The notes under the pieces are model-generated. The model saw only the letters and a list, made by a program, of their open reading frames with translations, was not told the DNA's origin and did no database searches. A stretch of 64,000 bases of DNA from Eledone cirrhosa (lineage: Eukaryota), in NCBI GenBank assembly GCA_964016885.1, contig CAXHJY010000804.1, positions 17,337 through 81,336 on the forward strand, read 5' to 3'. Positions within the stretch are counted from its first letter, which is position 1; each line of letters opens with the position of its first letter. Position numbers and translations under genes: made by a program. Below, piece by piece: positions 29,603 to 44,889 of this stretch.

Positions 29603-30360
29603 CTGAAAACACAACAGAAACTATATAAACATAAATCTATATAGGAATTGTGGCAGAATAGCAAAGACGTTGGCTTCGTAATCATTGGAGTCACATCTTT
29701 TGTAGGGTCTGAAAATACCATTAAAAATATATAAATATAAATATACATAGGAATTGTGGTAGAATGGTGAAGATGTTGACTTTGCAATCATTGCGGGAAC
29801 GTCCTATGTAGGGCCTGAAGACATCATAGAAAATATATAGTAGAACGGTGAAGATGTTTTGCTTCGTAATCATTGGAGTCACATCTTTTGTAGGGTCTGA
29901 AAATACCATAGAAAATATATAAACATAAATCTACATAGGAATTGTGGTAGAATGGTGAAGATGTTGACTTTGCAATCATTGCGGGAACGTCCTATGTAGG
30001 GCCTGAAGACATCATAGAAAATATATAGTAGAACGGTGAAGATGTTTTGCTTCGTAATCATTGGAGTCACATCTTTTGTAGGGTTTGAAAATGCCATAGA
30101 AAATATATAAACATAAATATACATAGGAATTGTGGTAGAATGGTGAAGATGTTGACTTTGCAATCATTGCGGGAACGTCCTATGTAGGGCCTGAAGACAT
30201 CATAGAAAATATATAGTAGAACGGTGAAGATGTTTTGCTTCGTAATCATTGGAGTCACATCTTTTGTAGGGTCTGAAAATACCATAGAAAATATATAAAC
30301 ATAAATCTACATAGGAATTGTGGTAGAATGGTGAAGATGTTGACTTCGTAATCATTGAGG
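29590..30360. repeat. 188-bp tandem repeat (about 3.5 copies plus a diverged founder overlapping the Shox acceptor)
   Basis: atcttttgtagggtctgaaaatacc recurs with period 188 (29708, 29896, 30084, 30272). Confidence 0.92.
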
Positions 30361-30459
30361 CCACCGGTTTCATTACTCCCGGCAAATGCCAGTAAATGTC
30401 ATTTACTACCTACCATATCCTCGGATCGACCCATACCTTGTGAATGAAACTGATTAGAT

Positions 30460-31382
30460 GTAACCGTTGTTGTGACTCTCTGGTAATTGTGGCATATACC
30501 ATATATTACCAGTTGTGACATTCTGGTAATTGTGGCATATAGCAGATGTTACCAGTTGTGATATTCTGGTAATTGAGGTATATACCAGATGTTACCGGTT
30601 GTGACATTCTAATAATTGTGGCATATACAAGATGTTACCAGTTGTGACAATATGGTGATAATTACATACACCAGATACAACTAGTTGGGACACTGTGGTA
30701 ATAGACGAACACACCAGATGTGATACTGTGGTAATGGTCACATGCAGCAAATCTAACCAGATGTGACACTGTGGTAAGGGTTATATATACCAGATGTAAC
30801 CAGATGTGACATTGTCGTAATGGTAACATACCAGATGTAACTAGTTGTGACATTGTGGTAATTGTTACATACACCAGATGTAGCCAGTTGTCACACTGTA
30901 GTAATGGTTACATACAGCAGATGTAACCAGATGTGACATTGTCGTAATGGTAACATACCAGATGTAGCCAGTTGTGACACTGTAGTAATGGTTACATCAA
31001 GCAGATGTAACCAGATGTGACATTGTCGTAACGGTAACATACCAGATGTAACTAGTTGTGACATTGTGATAATGGTTACATACACCAGATGTAGCCAGTT
31101 GTGACACTGTAGTAATGGTTACATACAGCAGATGTAACCAGATGTGACATTGTCGTAATGGTAACATACCAGATGTAACCAGATGTGACATTGTCGTAAT
31201 GGTAGCATACCAGATGTAGCCAGTTGTGACATTGTCGTAATGGTAACATACCAGATGTAGCCAGTTGTGACATTGTCGTAATGGTAACATACCAGATGTA
31301 GCCAGTTGTGACACTGTGATAATGGGTCAGCATACCAGGTATAACCAGTTGTGACACTGGTAATAGTTACATACACCAGATG
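30460..31382. repeat. Minisatellite, unit about 41-44 bp (accagatgtaaccagttgtgacattgtcgtaatggtaacat)
   Basis: About 20 imperfect copies. Confidence 0.9.
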
Positions 31383-31477
31383 TATTCACTATACACAAAC
31401 ATATACATATACTCACACACACTCTCACTCGTTTATATATATACATTTTCTATCTATCTACCTTATCTCTCATCTCC

Positions 31478-31598
<121 letters not shown>

Positions 31599-31919
31599 CT
31601 GGCTCGTTAATTTATTAACCTGCCATAGAACCACATTGCCATACGGTTGGATAATACATGTGTCCCTATATGTATTTTGTATGTAGGGATACATACTTTA
31701 TTATTATTAATCTCCCCTGGTCGAGATAATATTTTGGTCGTTTTAACTGCTGCTATTTCTAGTGGCAGTAGATTGACCTTTCCGCCTCTGCCTTCTATCT
31801 TTACACACGGCACTGGACAGAATTGCTTCTTCATCATACACTCTCATCTCGGGGACAATTTTGAATAGCGCCAGTTCGTGATTTGAACTCGGGAATTTTA
31901 TATTCTCCGAGCGAAAAGA

Positions 31920-32004
31920 ACCCTCTGACGAGAGTCTTCCTTTTCAATGGATTTCCGCATGGATTATCCATTTATTTTGAGACTTGAAATCGTATGATAA
32001 GGGT
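31920..32004 (+). ncRNA. Type I hammerhead with extended stem II, in TA-flanked insert 31596-32072
   Basis: accct-CTGACGA-g-agtct..aatggat..atccatt..agact-t-GAAA-tcgtatga-TA-agggt. Confidence 0.78.
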
Positions 32005-32153
32005 AATTACAGCAGGTACAGTGAACTTTTTAAAATTTATTTTAAAACTTTTTCTTATTTGCTAAACCTTGATTATATATATATATATATATATATATAT
32101 TATGAATAAAATAACAGGAGGCTGGACTGGTGTAAATCCTTGAAAAGTTTATT

Positions 32154-32211
32154 ATACTATGATCATTTCAATGACCGGGTTCCGTATGAATCCGGTGATA
32201 TCATCAGGTAT
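32154..32211 (-). ncRNA. Type I hammerhead ribozyme, intact core
   Basis: Exact reverse complement of 33370-33427. Confidence 0.8.
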
Positions 32212-33369
32212 TCGAAATATAACAAAGGAATATATAAAGATCCATGGGTCCGAAAATCAGAGACAGAGAGGACGACTGACCAACTAGCTGTTTTCACCTC
32301 GGTCAGTCTCCCTCAAGTGATGGCTATTCGGTCTACTAATGACCATCTGGTGAAGGGGCGAAGGCTTATAGTGTTCTACCACCTCTCCGTCAGAGAATAA
32401 AAAAAGAGAAGAAAGAAAGAGGAAAAGTCAGCGTAAGAGATCACACTACAGTCAGGCAAGAAAACGCCGCGAAAAATGTTATTCCAAAGAACCTATATTT
32501 TAACAAAGGCATATATAATGGGTATCTGTGTGGTCAAATGTATGAACAGAAAATTGGAACGTTAACTCATGTTAAGAGTTAAAGGATGAAATTAAATTAA
32601 AAGTTAAAAAATTAAGAGTTAAAAGAAAAGAAATTAAAAAAAAAATTAGAAAATTAATAGAAAATGAAAGGTTTGTGTTGCGGGATTTATTTAATGAAAC
32701 TACAGAGAGAGTCTTATATGAAAAGGTTTAAGTGTATTATTGGGAATCCCTATAAGTTATCAAGGTGGGATATAGAGTAAAGATTAAAGCCTTCGATTGT
32801 AAATCCCAGCCAGAACATCCTAACCACGTGTCAGCCAGTTTCGAGTGGTATCGTCTAGCGAAAGAAATGGAAATTAATTTTTCAGAGTACTCTAGGAACG
32901 TGACTGCCATAGGCTTCGGGTGTGCTAGCGGGAAGTCTACCATCTTCGACAGGCCATCGTCTATACCAAACGAATACTATTAATTCACACAGGAGGGGTT
33001 TATTTATGTGCCAGTAGAGGGAGGCATGATACAGCCAACAGTTATGCCTAAGCCCAGAGTTTATAGGTATAAGTATAATATGGCGGTCAAAACAGGCGGC
33101 GCGGCGGGCTCCGGGGCAAATCCAACCGTTCCGAGTAATTTCATTTACCGAAAAAGGGGAAATTTATTTTTCCAAGCACTCAAGGAAGGCTGAACTTTCC
33201 GAGCACCCGGTGCACAACCGGGAAAGCCACCACATCAGTCGAAAGTGGTAAAACCCGGTAGACCGAATAGCCATCACTTGAGGGCGACTGACCGAGGTGA
33301 AAACAGCTAGTTGGTCAGTCGTCCTCTCTGTCTCTGATTTACGGACCCATGGACTTTTATATATTTCGA

Positions 33370-33427
33370 ATACCTGATGATATCACCGGATTCATACGGA
33401 ACCCGGTCATTGAAATGATCATAGTAT
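33370..33427 (+). ncRNA. Type I hammerhead ribozyme, intact core
   Basis: atac-CTGATGA-tatc-accgg..ccggt-catt-GAAA-tgatca-TA-gtat, with palindromic stem III (atgatcat). Confidence 0.8.
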
Positions 33428-33630
33428 AATAAACTTTTCAAGGATTTACACCAGTCCAGCCTCCTGTGATTTTATTCATAATAATTAACTCCGTATTCGC
33501 ACCACCATCTACACAAACGAAGACGGGTGAACTGCACTACGTTGAGTACTTTCCATAATATTGCATCAAGATTGACCATACGGAATGACCAATTCTATCA
33601 GGTGGTGAACCAACAAACCTAAATAAATAA

Positions 33631-33709
<79 letters not shown>

Positions 33710-33738
33710 TATATATATACATATATATATATATACAC

Positions 33739-33774
<36 letters not shown>

Positions 33775-33793
33775 ATGTGTATATATATATAAA

Positions 33794-33868
<75 letters not shown>

Positions 33869-34120
33869 ATAAATGACTATATATAAATATAAATATATAT
33901 TATATATATATAAATGAATATATATATATATATTATAACACTAGAGAACGGCATGAATGCGTCATAATCCCCCTTTCACTTTCCATGTAAATCTGTGTGA
34001 TTATTTCTAACCAATCAACTTGATATACTTACTCAGATTTACTCATTCCCTGACACAAAACATTTCGTCTGTATGACAACATTTATGGTGATGTAATACA
34101 GTCTTTCTCTCTCTCTCTCT

Positions 34121-34191
<71 letters not shown>

Positions 34192-35092
34192 TCTCTCTCT
34201 CTCTCTTTCTCTCAGTCTCTTTTTTTTTTCCATTTTTTCAATAAATTGATGTCATACAATCTCTGTATGGCTGTCTCTCTTTCTCTCTTTGCCCCTCTCT
34301 TTGCTTTTTTCTTTCTTTCTCCCACTCTCCCTCTCTCTCTCTCTCTCTGTCTGTTTTTCTCTGCCTCACTCTTTCTCTCAATTTCTCTCTGTCTCCATTT
34401 TTTTCACTAAACTTATGTATCAAACTTACTGATTTCTCTATGGACGCCATGTCACAAAGGTTTACGTTCTACTTTGTTAAGAAATCGATTTTGTTTAGGT
34501 TTAATCAAAACGATATAAACCTTCTAATTACTTACGATTGATTATATTCAAGCTTTATATTTTTATCAATAACACCATCTCGATATTTTTTCAATGATAA
34601 ATAATAAGTTTTTTTCTTTCCTTTCTATTGTAAAACAAAACCGGTTAACTTTCGTTGAAAATCATTCGATTTTATTATTTTTTTAGTTTTCATAATGAGT
34701 CAAATGTAGTTGAAAGATAATAATCGTAATGGAAATCAAAGATTATTTATTTAAAGGAAATAAAAAAAGATGGGAGAAATTGAAGACTGGAAGCAGACGA
34801 CAGCTGAGCTAATCCAATGATTCTATTGAAAAGTGGAAAATATCTATTCATCGCTTGTTTTCTTGAATTGATGAATTTCATTATCCCGTTGACTCACTGA
34901 TGAAGCAAGCAACAGGTTTAATAGAGATGGTAGTGGCGGTGGTGGTGGTGGTGGTGGTGGTGTGGGGGAGCAGTTTATTATCTACTCATACACACAACAC
35001 ATGACACACGCACACAACTCGTATGACACGCACACATATATACATAAAAAATACGCGCGCATACACACACACACATATATATATACATACAT

Positions 35093-35127
<35 letters not shown>

Positions 35128-35760
35128 CACAAATATATATGTATGTATAAAGTTGTGTGTAACAAACACACATATACATACACTTAACACAGATATATCT
35201 TATATATCTTATATATATATATCAATGTGTAACATGTATACCCCGGAAATAATGTAGATGGGAAATTTTTTAACTAAATGAGTTTTCATAATAAAGGAAT
35301 CGTGTAATGGAATTGGTAGCTTTTGAAATAATCCTTTATTCAAGAAGATCTGTTTACTAAACAGAACAATAAATAATAAAAGATGTGTGTTTTTTGTGTG
35401 TGTTGTGTGTTTCGTGTGTATTTTGTGTGTGTTCTTTATGTGTTTTTCTATTTTTTGCGTATGTTTTTTTTTTGTGGGATTTTTACAAAAAAAAGGAAAA
35501 AACGAAAAGACATTGTAGAAAAGTTTAATTAGAAAAAAAAAAAAAATTGATATAAGTTACAACGGCGATGTCATCATATATTGTTGTCTAAATATATTGA
35601 GAACGGAGAGGAGGTTGTGGGTGTAGTGGCGTAGTGGTGGTGTGCATGGCTTCTGGGAATATGTTGGTAGTAGGGTGAGAGTGAAGGTGGGGGAAGATGA
35701 TGAGGAAGGTATATTGATGATAAGGTCGGTGAATGGCATATGGGCTTTATGGGTATGAGT

Positions 35761-35792
<32 letters not shown>

Positions 35793-35806
35793 GTATGTAT
35801 ATACAA

Positions 35807-35842
<36 letters not shown>

Positions 35843-35890
35843 ATATTCATATGTATACATAGATATATAAATAAATATCTATATCTATAT

Positions 35891-36102
<212 letters not shown>

Positions 36103-36311
36103 GTTTACCCTAATAATTATATGTATATATATATATATATGCGCGTGTGTATAATCACACAAACATATATTAGTGTACATTTGAGCTTACAGACATGAAA
36201 AAGAGTTAAATTATTCATTATAAAGCCGTGTGACTACTCAGAGTTTGTCCTCGTCTACATGCAATCTCATTATATATCTATAGATATATATATATATGTA
36301 TACATATGTAC

Positions 36312-36405
<94 letters not shown>

Positions 36406-36407
<2 letters not shown>

Positions 36408-36596
36408 AACCAGTAAGACCCCGACAGCTGAGCTCAAGCCGTTTCGACGGCTAATTCTGGGCTAGAATTAGCCGTCGAAACGGCTTGAGCTCAGCTGTCG
36501 GGGTCTTACTGGTTCCTATTACCCACTCTACTACCTCAAGTATTGAGTACTTTGGTGCGTTATGGTCCACCTGGTTCCTTACCACATTTCCTTCGT

Positions 36597-36597
<1 letters not shown>
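36406..36597 (+). mobile_element. Fold-back mini-element family A
   Basis: Palindrome of about 110 bp centred on tct-gggct-aga, plus the tail and TA flanks. Confidence 0.9.
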
Positions 36598-36637
<40 letters not shown>

Positions 36638-36797
36638 ACAAACATTTCTGCGCGTGTGTGTGTATGTTTGTAGACACACGTATAATTTAATTTACTTAGT
36701 GAATAATTTAGTAAATGGTAAGGAATGGACCGGATTCTGAGGATTGCCGTCCTAATTGATCAGATGACTCATTCTATGGTCGACAAATGAGAGCAAG

Positions 36798-36830
<33 letters not shown>

Positions 36831-36836
<6 letters not shown>

Positions 36837-36913
36837 GATAGAGATAGACAGTAAAGAATGTTTTATATTTTATATATATATATATATAACATTCTTTACT
36901 GTCTATCTCTATC

Positions 36914-36919
<6 letters not shown>
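36831..36919. repeat. TA-embedded inverted repeat
   Basis: tatgcagatagagatagacagtaaagaatgtt ... aacattctttactgtctatctctatctgcata. Confidence 0.85.
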
Positions 36920-36961
<42 letters not shown>

Positions 36962-37061
36962 TATGTATGTGAATATATGTGCGATGGTTAGATATTTAGG
37001 TGGACAAATGAGCAATATATCTATATCTATATATCTATATATATATATATATATATCTATA

Positions 37062-37577
<516 letters not shown>

Positions 37578-37712
37578 TAGATATATATATATATGACTGC
37601 CTTTACTGATTCACTTACATAGTAACTACATTCTGTCTGTCGGTTTCTTTCTAATATTCTGAGGAAACACGCACACACACATACAATACACACATACACA
37701 CATGCACTAATG

Positions 37713-37910
<198 letters not shown>

Positions 37911-37964
37911 AGTGTGAGTGCGTGTATGTATGAGTGTGTGAGTGTGTATGTAAATATATATATA

Positions 37965-38185
37965 TATCGACCCCAGTACTTTACTGGTACCTAGTTTTAT
38001 CGATCTCGGAAGGATTATAGGCAAAGTCGACCTCGGTAGTATTTGAAACTGGAATGTAGAATGGCTGTAACGAAATAGTGGAATGTATTTCATTCGACAC
38101 TCAGAGTGTCTTGCTCAAGGACATAATCTCTCGCCAGGAATAGAACATACTAATCGAACACTTTAACCATTAAACCACACGCCGT
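37965..38185 (-). mobile_element. Decayed SINE family 1 and family 2 fragments
   Basis: tcgaccccagtac...ggcaaagtcgacctcgg followed by gtgtcttgctcaaggacata...aaccacacgcc. Confidence 0.65.
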
Positions 38186-38379
38186 CTCAGTCAAAACATA
38201 CAGGAAAGAGAATAAGGAATCTTTTTGCCAGACCGTCAGTGGGAGATATAAAAAGAAAAAAAAAAAACAGTGTAAATGTATCTGATCAATATGGCCGCCG
38301 AATGGATGTCGTTGTACATTGTAAGGATCTTGTCTATAAAGACTAGATTGAAACTGACTACAGCTGCATGTGACTGGGC

Positions 38380-38920
38380 CCCATTGGCTTGTATGTCCCT
38401 AACAATACTGATCATATATCGATTTACCAGGGATCGCATGTGTTTGTGTGACCCCACTAGTATTGATCACAGCTAGATCAGTAGGGATCGCATGTGTCTG
38501 TGTCCCTGAAATAACTGACCACACACAGATCTATAAAGGTTAGTAATTGTTCGTGTGACCCATCTCTACTGATTACAAGCAGATCTACGAGGGACCGTGT
38601 GTGTTCGTGTGTCCCCATCTCTACTGATCACAAATAGATCTACGAGGGACCGCATGTGTTTGATTGGACCTGACAAGACTACCAAAGACAAGCGCCAACC
38701 TCTTGGTGGACCCCTTTGCCAAGATTTTAAAATTCTGTGTTGTGCAAAGTTATGGATCTGAAGTTGTTTATTATACATCCGAACATGCCCCTATACAGCT
38801 GGGGCCGGCCCTACACCTCGTCTCCAGACCATCAGATGTATCACTACACCTCAGCTCTGGATTATCAGTCGTGTTACTACACCTCGGCCCCGGACCAACA
38901 ATAGTATCATTACACCTCAG
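38380..38920. repeat. Two degenerate minisatellites (about 45-60 bp actgatcac..gatctac..gggaccgc, and about 33 bp ctacacctc)
   Basis: Recurrent motifs are visible. Confidence 0.65.
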
Positions 38921-38994
38921 CAAACGCCACAGCGATGAAATGTTGCATTGGATAATGATAATGATGATAATGATGATGATGATGATGATAATAA

Positions 38995-39354
38995 CAATAA
39001 TAAAGGTTTCTGATTTCGGCACAAGGCCAGCAATTTTTGGTGGGGAGGGAAAAGTCGATTAAATCGACCCCAGTACATTACTGGTACTTTATTTTATCGC
39101 CCCCCGTAAGGATGAAAGGCAAAGTTAACCTGGGCGGGATTTGAACTCAGAACGTAGAGCTATAATAAAAATAATTGTTTCTACTATTGGCACAAGGCCA
39201 GCAATTACCCAGTACATTACTGGTACTTTATTTTATCGACCCCGTAAGGATGAAAGGCAAAGTTAACCTCGGCGGGATTTGAACTCAGAATGGCAAGGGC
39301 CGTAACTCTATGCGTCAAATATGGCGTCCGACCCTCTACCGATACTGCCAATCC
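38995..39354 (-). mobile_element. Two adjacent SINE family 1 copies
   Basis: 38995-39158 and 39170-39354 match the reverse-complement consensus. Confidence 0.85.
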
Positions 39355-39894
39355 ACTGCCATAATAAAAATAATAACAACAATAATAATAACAACGTCGA
39401 CGACGACGACGGCGACGATGATGATGATGATGACGGTGATAATAATAATTGTAACAATAATGACTGTCAGTTGATTACTAATATTTATAGGAGAATTGTT
39501 CTTCTTTTTATTCTTCTTCTCCTTATCATTATTATAATAATAAATATTTTCCCCCCATTCTCTCGCTTAGCTGGAAGATAACGATATGAAATTAAATTGT
39601 TTGCAAATTATTTCTGCTCAACAATATGGAATTCAGCACGCCGAGAAAATTGTTATTTCTGGAATAATAACATCGCTTGGAATATTGAAAAAAATCCAAG
39701 CAAGCGTAATGATAACTTATAAAGGAATATGGTAAACATTGAGAGAGAAGAAAAAAATATAATAATAGTATGCAATAAAAATATGGATGATAATAATATT
39801 TATAATAATGATAATAATGATAATAATAATATTTATTTAAAACATGATGAGAACAGGTATAACAGAAGAGAGACGACAGAAGAAGAAGAAGAAG

Positions 39895-39926
<32 letters not shown>

Positions 39927-40344
39927 GAAAAAGTCTTCCATTCTTCTTCTTCTTCTTCTTCTTCTTCTTCTTCTTCTTCTTCTTCTTCTCCCGTTAGTAT
40001 CTAATGTGGCGGCTTTCATCTTTTCTTGTGATAGTCTCTTCCTTTCTCTGATTTTTCATTTTTACATTTCTTTGTTCACATCCCCCCCCCCCCACATATA
40101 TATATATATATTTATATATAAATATATATATATATATATGTATGTATGTTTTTAGATATATGTGGGTGTGGGTGTCTATGTATGTAGAGTCTTAAATAGT
40201 TTCACAAAGGCACACACATGTACATATATATATATATATATATACACACACATACACACATATATGTATATATATACACATGCATCATATATAGACACAC
40301 ACACACACATATACATTTATACATACTTACATATATATATATAT

Positions 40345-40403
<59 letters not shown>

Positions 40404-41248
40404 CTTACATACATATATACATACATATACATACCTATATACATACATACGTACATACATACATATGATGGCAGGCATAATTTTACTGGTAATTTCCTTG
40501 CTCCCTACAAAAATCCAACTCCTTTTCCAAGGATTAATTATGCCCCTTTCCTTTAAGTTTTTTTTTTTTCACTAAACCACCACCATTACATTAACCGCCA
40601 CCATCATCACCACCATCACTACCACCACCACCACTACTAACTACTACATCCTCACATGAACCACCACCAACAAAAACACCACCATCACCAACACCACTTT
40701 CACCAACACCATTAACTACTATACCCTTACATCAACCACCATCATCACCACCACCACCATCACCACCACCACCACCACCACTATCTACACCCTTAAATCA
40801 ACCACCACCACAACCACCACCACCACTAACTACTACACCCTTACATCAACCACCCTTATACGCCGCCCACTACAATCGTTCGACTATAATTTTCTCTACC
40901 GCCATTTTTTTTTTATCCTTGTCATCCTGCCTCACTCACACTCTCACACACACTCTCTCTCTCCTACATCATACACCCTATCATTTTCGGTCCAGTCCCC
41001 TAGCCAAGCTACAATTATTTTACTGAGGCTTGCTCATTACACTGCTATCATTTTAACTGCAGCCTTCTTCATTTACTTCAAGTTGTCCCTACAACAATAA
41101 ACACAATAACGAAAAAATGGCGGCCGAGTTCGTTTTTTTTTTGCGTTCGTTTGTTTGTTTGTTTTTGTTTTGTTGTTTCGCTGAAGACACTTTTCTTACA
41201 CAAGAACAAACAGGGAGGAAGGAAAGTGTGGCTGCTGTTGAAATATCA

Positions 41249-41326
<78 letters not shown>

Positions 41327-41387
41327 CCCCCCCTCTCCCTCCCTCTGTCAGTCTTTCTTTATCTCTATCTATCTATCTATCTATCTT

Positions 41388-41434
<47 letters not shown>

Positions 41435-42113
41435 CACCCCATCTCTCTCACTCTATCTCTCACACACTCTCAGACACACACACATACACGCACGCACACA
41501 CACACACACATATATATATATATAGGTAAAATATATATGTATGTATAATTATATTTATTTATCTCTCTCGCAATATACATATATATTTATACACACATAC
41601 ACACACACACACACAACACAAACATACATACATCTATATATGTATATATATATATATGTATATATTTATATATCTATATGTACGTGCCTTTCTCTTTCTA
41701 CATATATGTTTGTGTGTGTGTAAAAACGTGTGTCTGTGTGGGTGTGTGTGTGTGTGTGTGAGTATGCGTCCCCAGCAGGTCTGTATTTATATTCACCACA
41801 CCACGCCTTCCTTTTAAAAAGTCAACTTCATATTCTATGTGGTCACTTGTAAAAGTTCTCATCATCCGTCATCCCTTTCATCAACTTTATATCTTTATAT
41901 CTCTACTACCGATCATTTAAAAACCGACGCCATATTTTTTGTTGTTGTTGTCGTGAGTGTGCTATTTGCTATTGTTGATGTTGTTGTTGTTGTTGTCGTT
42001 GTTCATTTATTGATATGTCTTTATGTCTTTATCATTTGTATTGTTTTCTTTTTTTTTTCACGAAGATTATATACATTTATATGAACAATGACAAAAGCTT
42101 TTTTTTAATGACA

Positions 42114-42181
<68 letters not shown>

Positions 42182-42256
42182 GTATAAGCATTATATATAT
42201 ATATGTATATATATATATATGTATATGCATTATATATATCTCTCTCTATATATATA

Positions 42257-42305
<49 letters not shown>

Positions 42306-42752
42306 ATATGTACATATATGTATATATATATGTATATATATATATGTATATATGTATATTTTTATATATATGTGTATATATATGTATATTTATATATATA
42401 TATGTATTTGTGTGTGTATATATATATATACACACACATACATATACATATATGTGTATATTCATGGCTTAATATTCGGTCTTTATATTTTTATATTACA
42501 ACTAATAGTTTCGCCCTTACGTGACTCTATAGTCGTGAAAGGGCAAGACTAATTGTGGTAGTGTACAGAAGAGTATATCTAGCTATTAATAATAAAAAAT
42601 CTATAAAAATTCTATAGAACTCCACAAATTAGCATCGGGTTCCTTTTGCATAATATTGCCGTGTAATTCTTGTGTTCCATCTCAACGGTTTTTGATTCTA
42701 CTGATGGATGAAGCCTCAGTATATATATATGTGTGTGTGTGAGAGAGAGAGA

Positions 42753-42859
<107 letters not shown>

Positions 42860-43102
42860 CATCCATCTATCTATCTACCTACCTATCTATCTATCTACTT
42901 ATCTAGCTAGCGAGCTGGCTATCATTCACACAAAACCATCTCTCATCCCGTTGCTTTAATCCAGACTCAATTTGTTCGAAGACTTCAATTATAATTTTCA
43001 ATCATCAGAAAAACGCTTTATAATTTGTCATCATCATCGTCATCATCATCATCGTCATCATCATCGTCATCATCATCATCGTCATCATCATCATCGTCAT
43101 CG

Positions 43103-43136
<34 letters not shown>

Positions 43137-43261
43137 TATCATCGTCAAAGTCGTTGTCGTCATCATCATCATCAACATCATCAGCATGATCATCATCATT
43201 TTTTTTTTCTTCTCAGCTGAGCAACTTCGCCTTGTATCCATCCTTCTGACGTCGGAAATAA

Positions 43262-43492
43262 CATACCAGTAACGTACTTGGGTCAATTTAATCGACTTCG
43301 CCATCCCTTTCTAATTGCTGGCCTTGTTCCTAAATCAGAAACCATTATTAAATCCCGCCAAGGTTGGCTTTTCCTTTCATCCTTACGGGGCCGATACAAT
43401 AAAGTACCAGTAACGAACTGGGGGTCGATTTATTCGACTTTCCCCTCCCGCCAAAATTGCTGGCCTTGTACCTAAAGTAGAAACAATTATTA
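43262..43492 (+). mobile_element. Two partial SINE family 1 copies between (CAT)n tracts
   Basis: taccagtaacg...ggccttg...agaaac tails occur twice. Confidence 0.75.
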
Positions 43493-43591
43493 TCATATTC
43501 ATCATCATCACCGTCATCATCATCATCACCGTCATCATCATCATCACCGTCATCATCACCGTCATCATCATCACCGTCATCATCATCATCG

Positions 43592-43636
<45 letters not shown>

Positions 43637-43677
43637 CTATCATCATCATTACCACCACCATCACCAACACCACCAAC

Positions 43678-43711
<34 letters not shown>

Positions 43712-44076
43712 TCATCATCATAGTCGTTAGTTTTGTTGTTGTTGCTGTTGTATCTACTGTCTCCCCATTTGGTTGGTAATCAGCCGACATTGGTTTTGTT
43801 TTCTTGCTGTTTATTTACTTATTTGTTTTGTTTATTTTTCTTTATTTCAATCATTTGGACAGCAAATGAAAATTTTTTTGAAAAAAAAATTCTAAACAAA
43901 ATAGACAAGTGTGGAAAAAATTAGAGACATTTTCTCTCCCTTTCTTTCCCCCTCACTCTCTCTCTCCTCTCCCTCCCCCATCTCTCTCTCTCTCTTTTCC
44001 CAGTGAAGCTGGGTAGACAATATAAAAACATTTAGATGCATTTAAAAAATATATATATTTTTTGTTAAAAATAAAC

Positions 44077-44110
<34 letters not shown>

Positions 44111-44126
44111 GTATATATATATATAT

Positions 44127-44185
<59 letters not shown>

Positions 44186-44828
44186 ATGATAAAAAAGATA
44201 AATCGGAAATTTGTTCGTATAGCGAAAGAATGTTTTATTGAGAAACTGAAAAAATTAGATGATTTTCTTGGGTAAATAAATCGATAGAATAAAATTGTTC
44301 AGGGTTTCGTCTATGTATGTATGTATGTATGTATGTATGTATGTATGTATGTATCTATGTATGTATGTTTGTATGTATGTATGTATGCATGTATGTATGC
44401 ATGATGTATGTATGTGTATGTGCATGTATGTATGTGTGTGTATGAAGGTATGGATGTGTATGAATGTTTGTGTGTAAGTGTATATATATATATATATATA
44501 CATACATATACATATATACACTTATACATATACAATATACACACACATATGAATGAAAGCATTAGAAATAATTAAACTGCCTTCGTTTACAACAGGTAAA
44601 TCTTGAAAAATAAAGTGATTGATACAGTCTAAAAGTTTCACCAATATTTCAAACTATCGACCTTTTTCTCCCCATATCGATCTCATTCTGAAGGTTTCCC
44701 GGATTTGTTTTTTTAAAAACAGATCTCTTTCTATCAATCTCAATAAATATCTTCAGTCTGTTTTCGTTTCAGAGTTGTGTGCTGATCCTCAGATTTATAT
44801 ACAAAACAGGTCAGTTGTGTGTATATGT

Positions 44829-44889
<61 letters not shown>

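Larger units (their letters stand above)
32102..33620 (+). mobile_element. 1.5-kb Penelope-like element with inverted pLTR-like arms
   Basis: Arms 32102-32335 and 33258-33480 are reverse complements, each with a hammerhead. The tail has TTGAGTACT at 33542 and the flanks are (TA)n. Confidence 0.8.

Noticed and set aside
29690-31382. Regularly spaced repeats resembling a CRISPR array
   Set aside because: There are no unique spacers and no cas genes, and the context is eukaryotic. These are tandem repeats.
34897-34903. Isolated CTGATGA (also 53591-53597)
   Set aside because: There is no stem II, GAAA or closing stems, so it is a chance match or at most a C/D-box-like word.
41113-41125. AAAATGGCGG YY1/initiator-like motif and the ORF starting MAAEF
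   Set aside because: The ORF runs into microsatellite, and a single motif is not enough to call a promoter.
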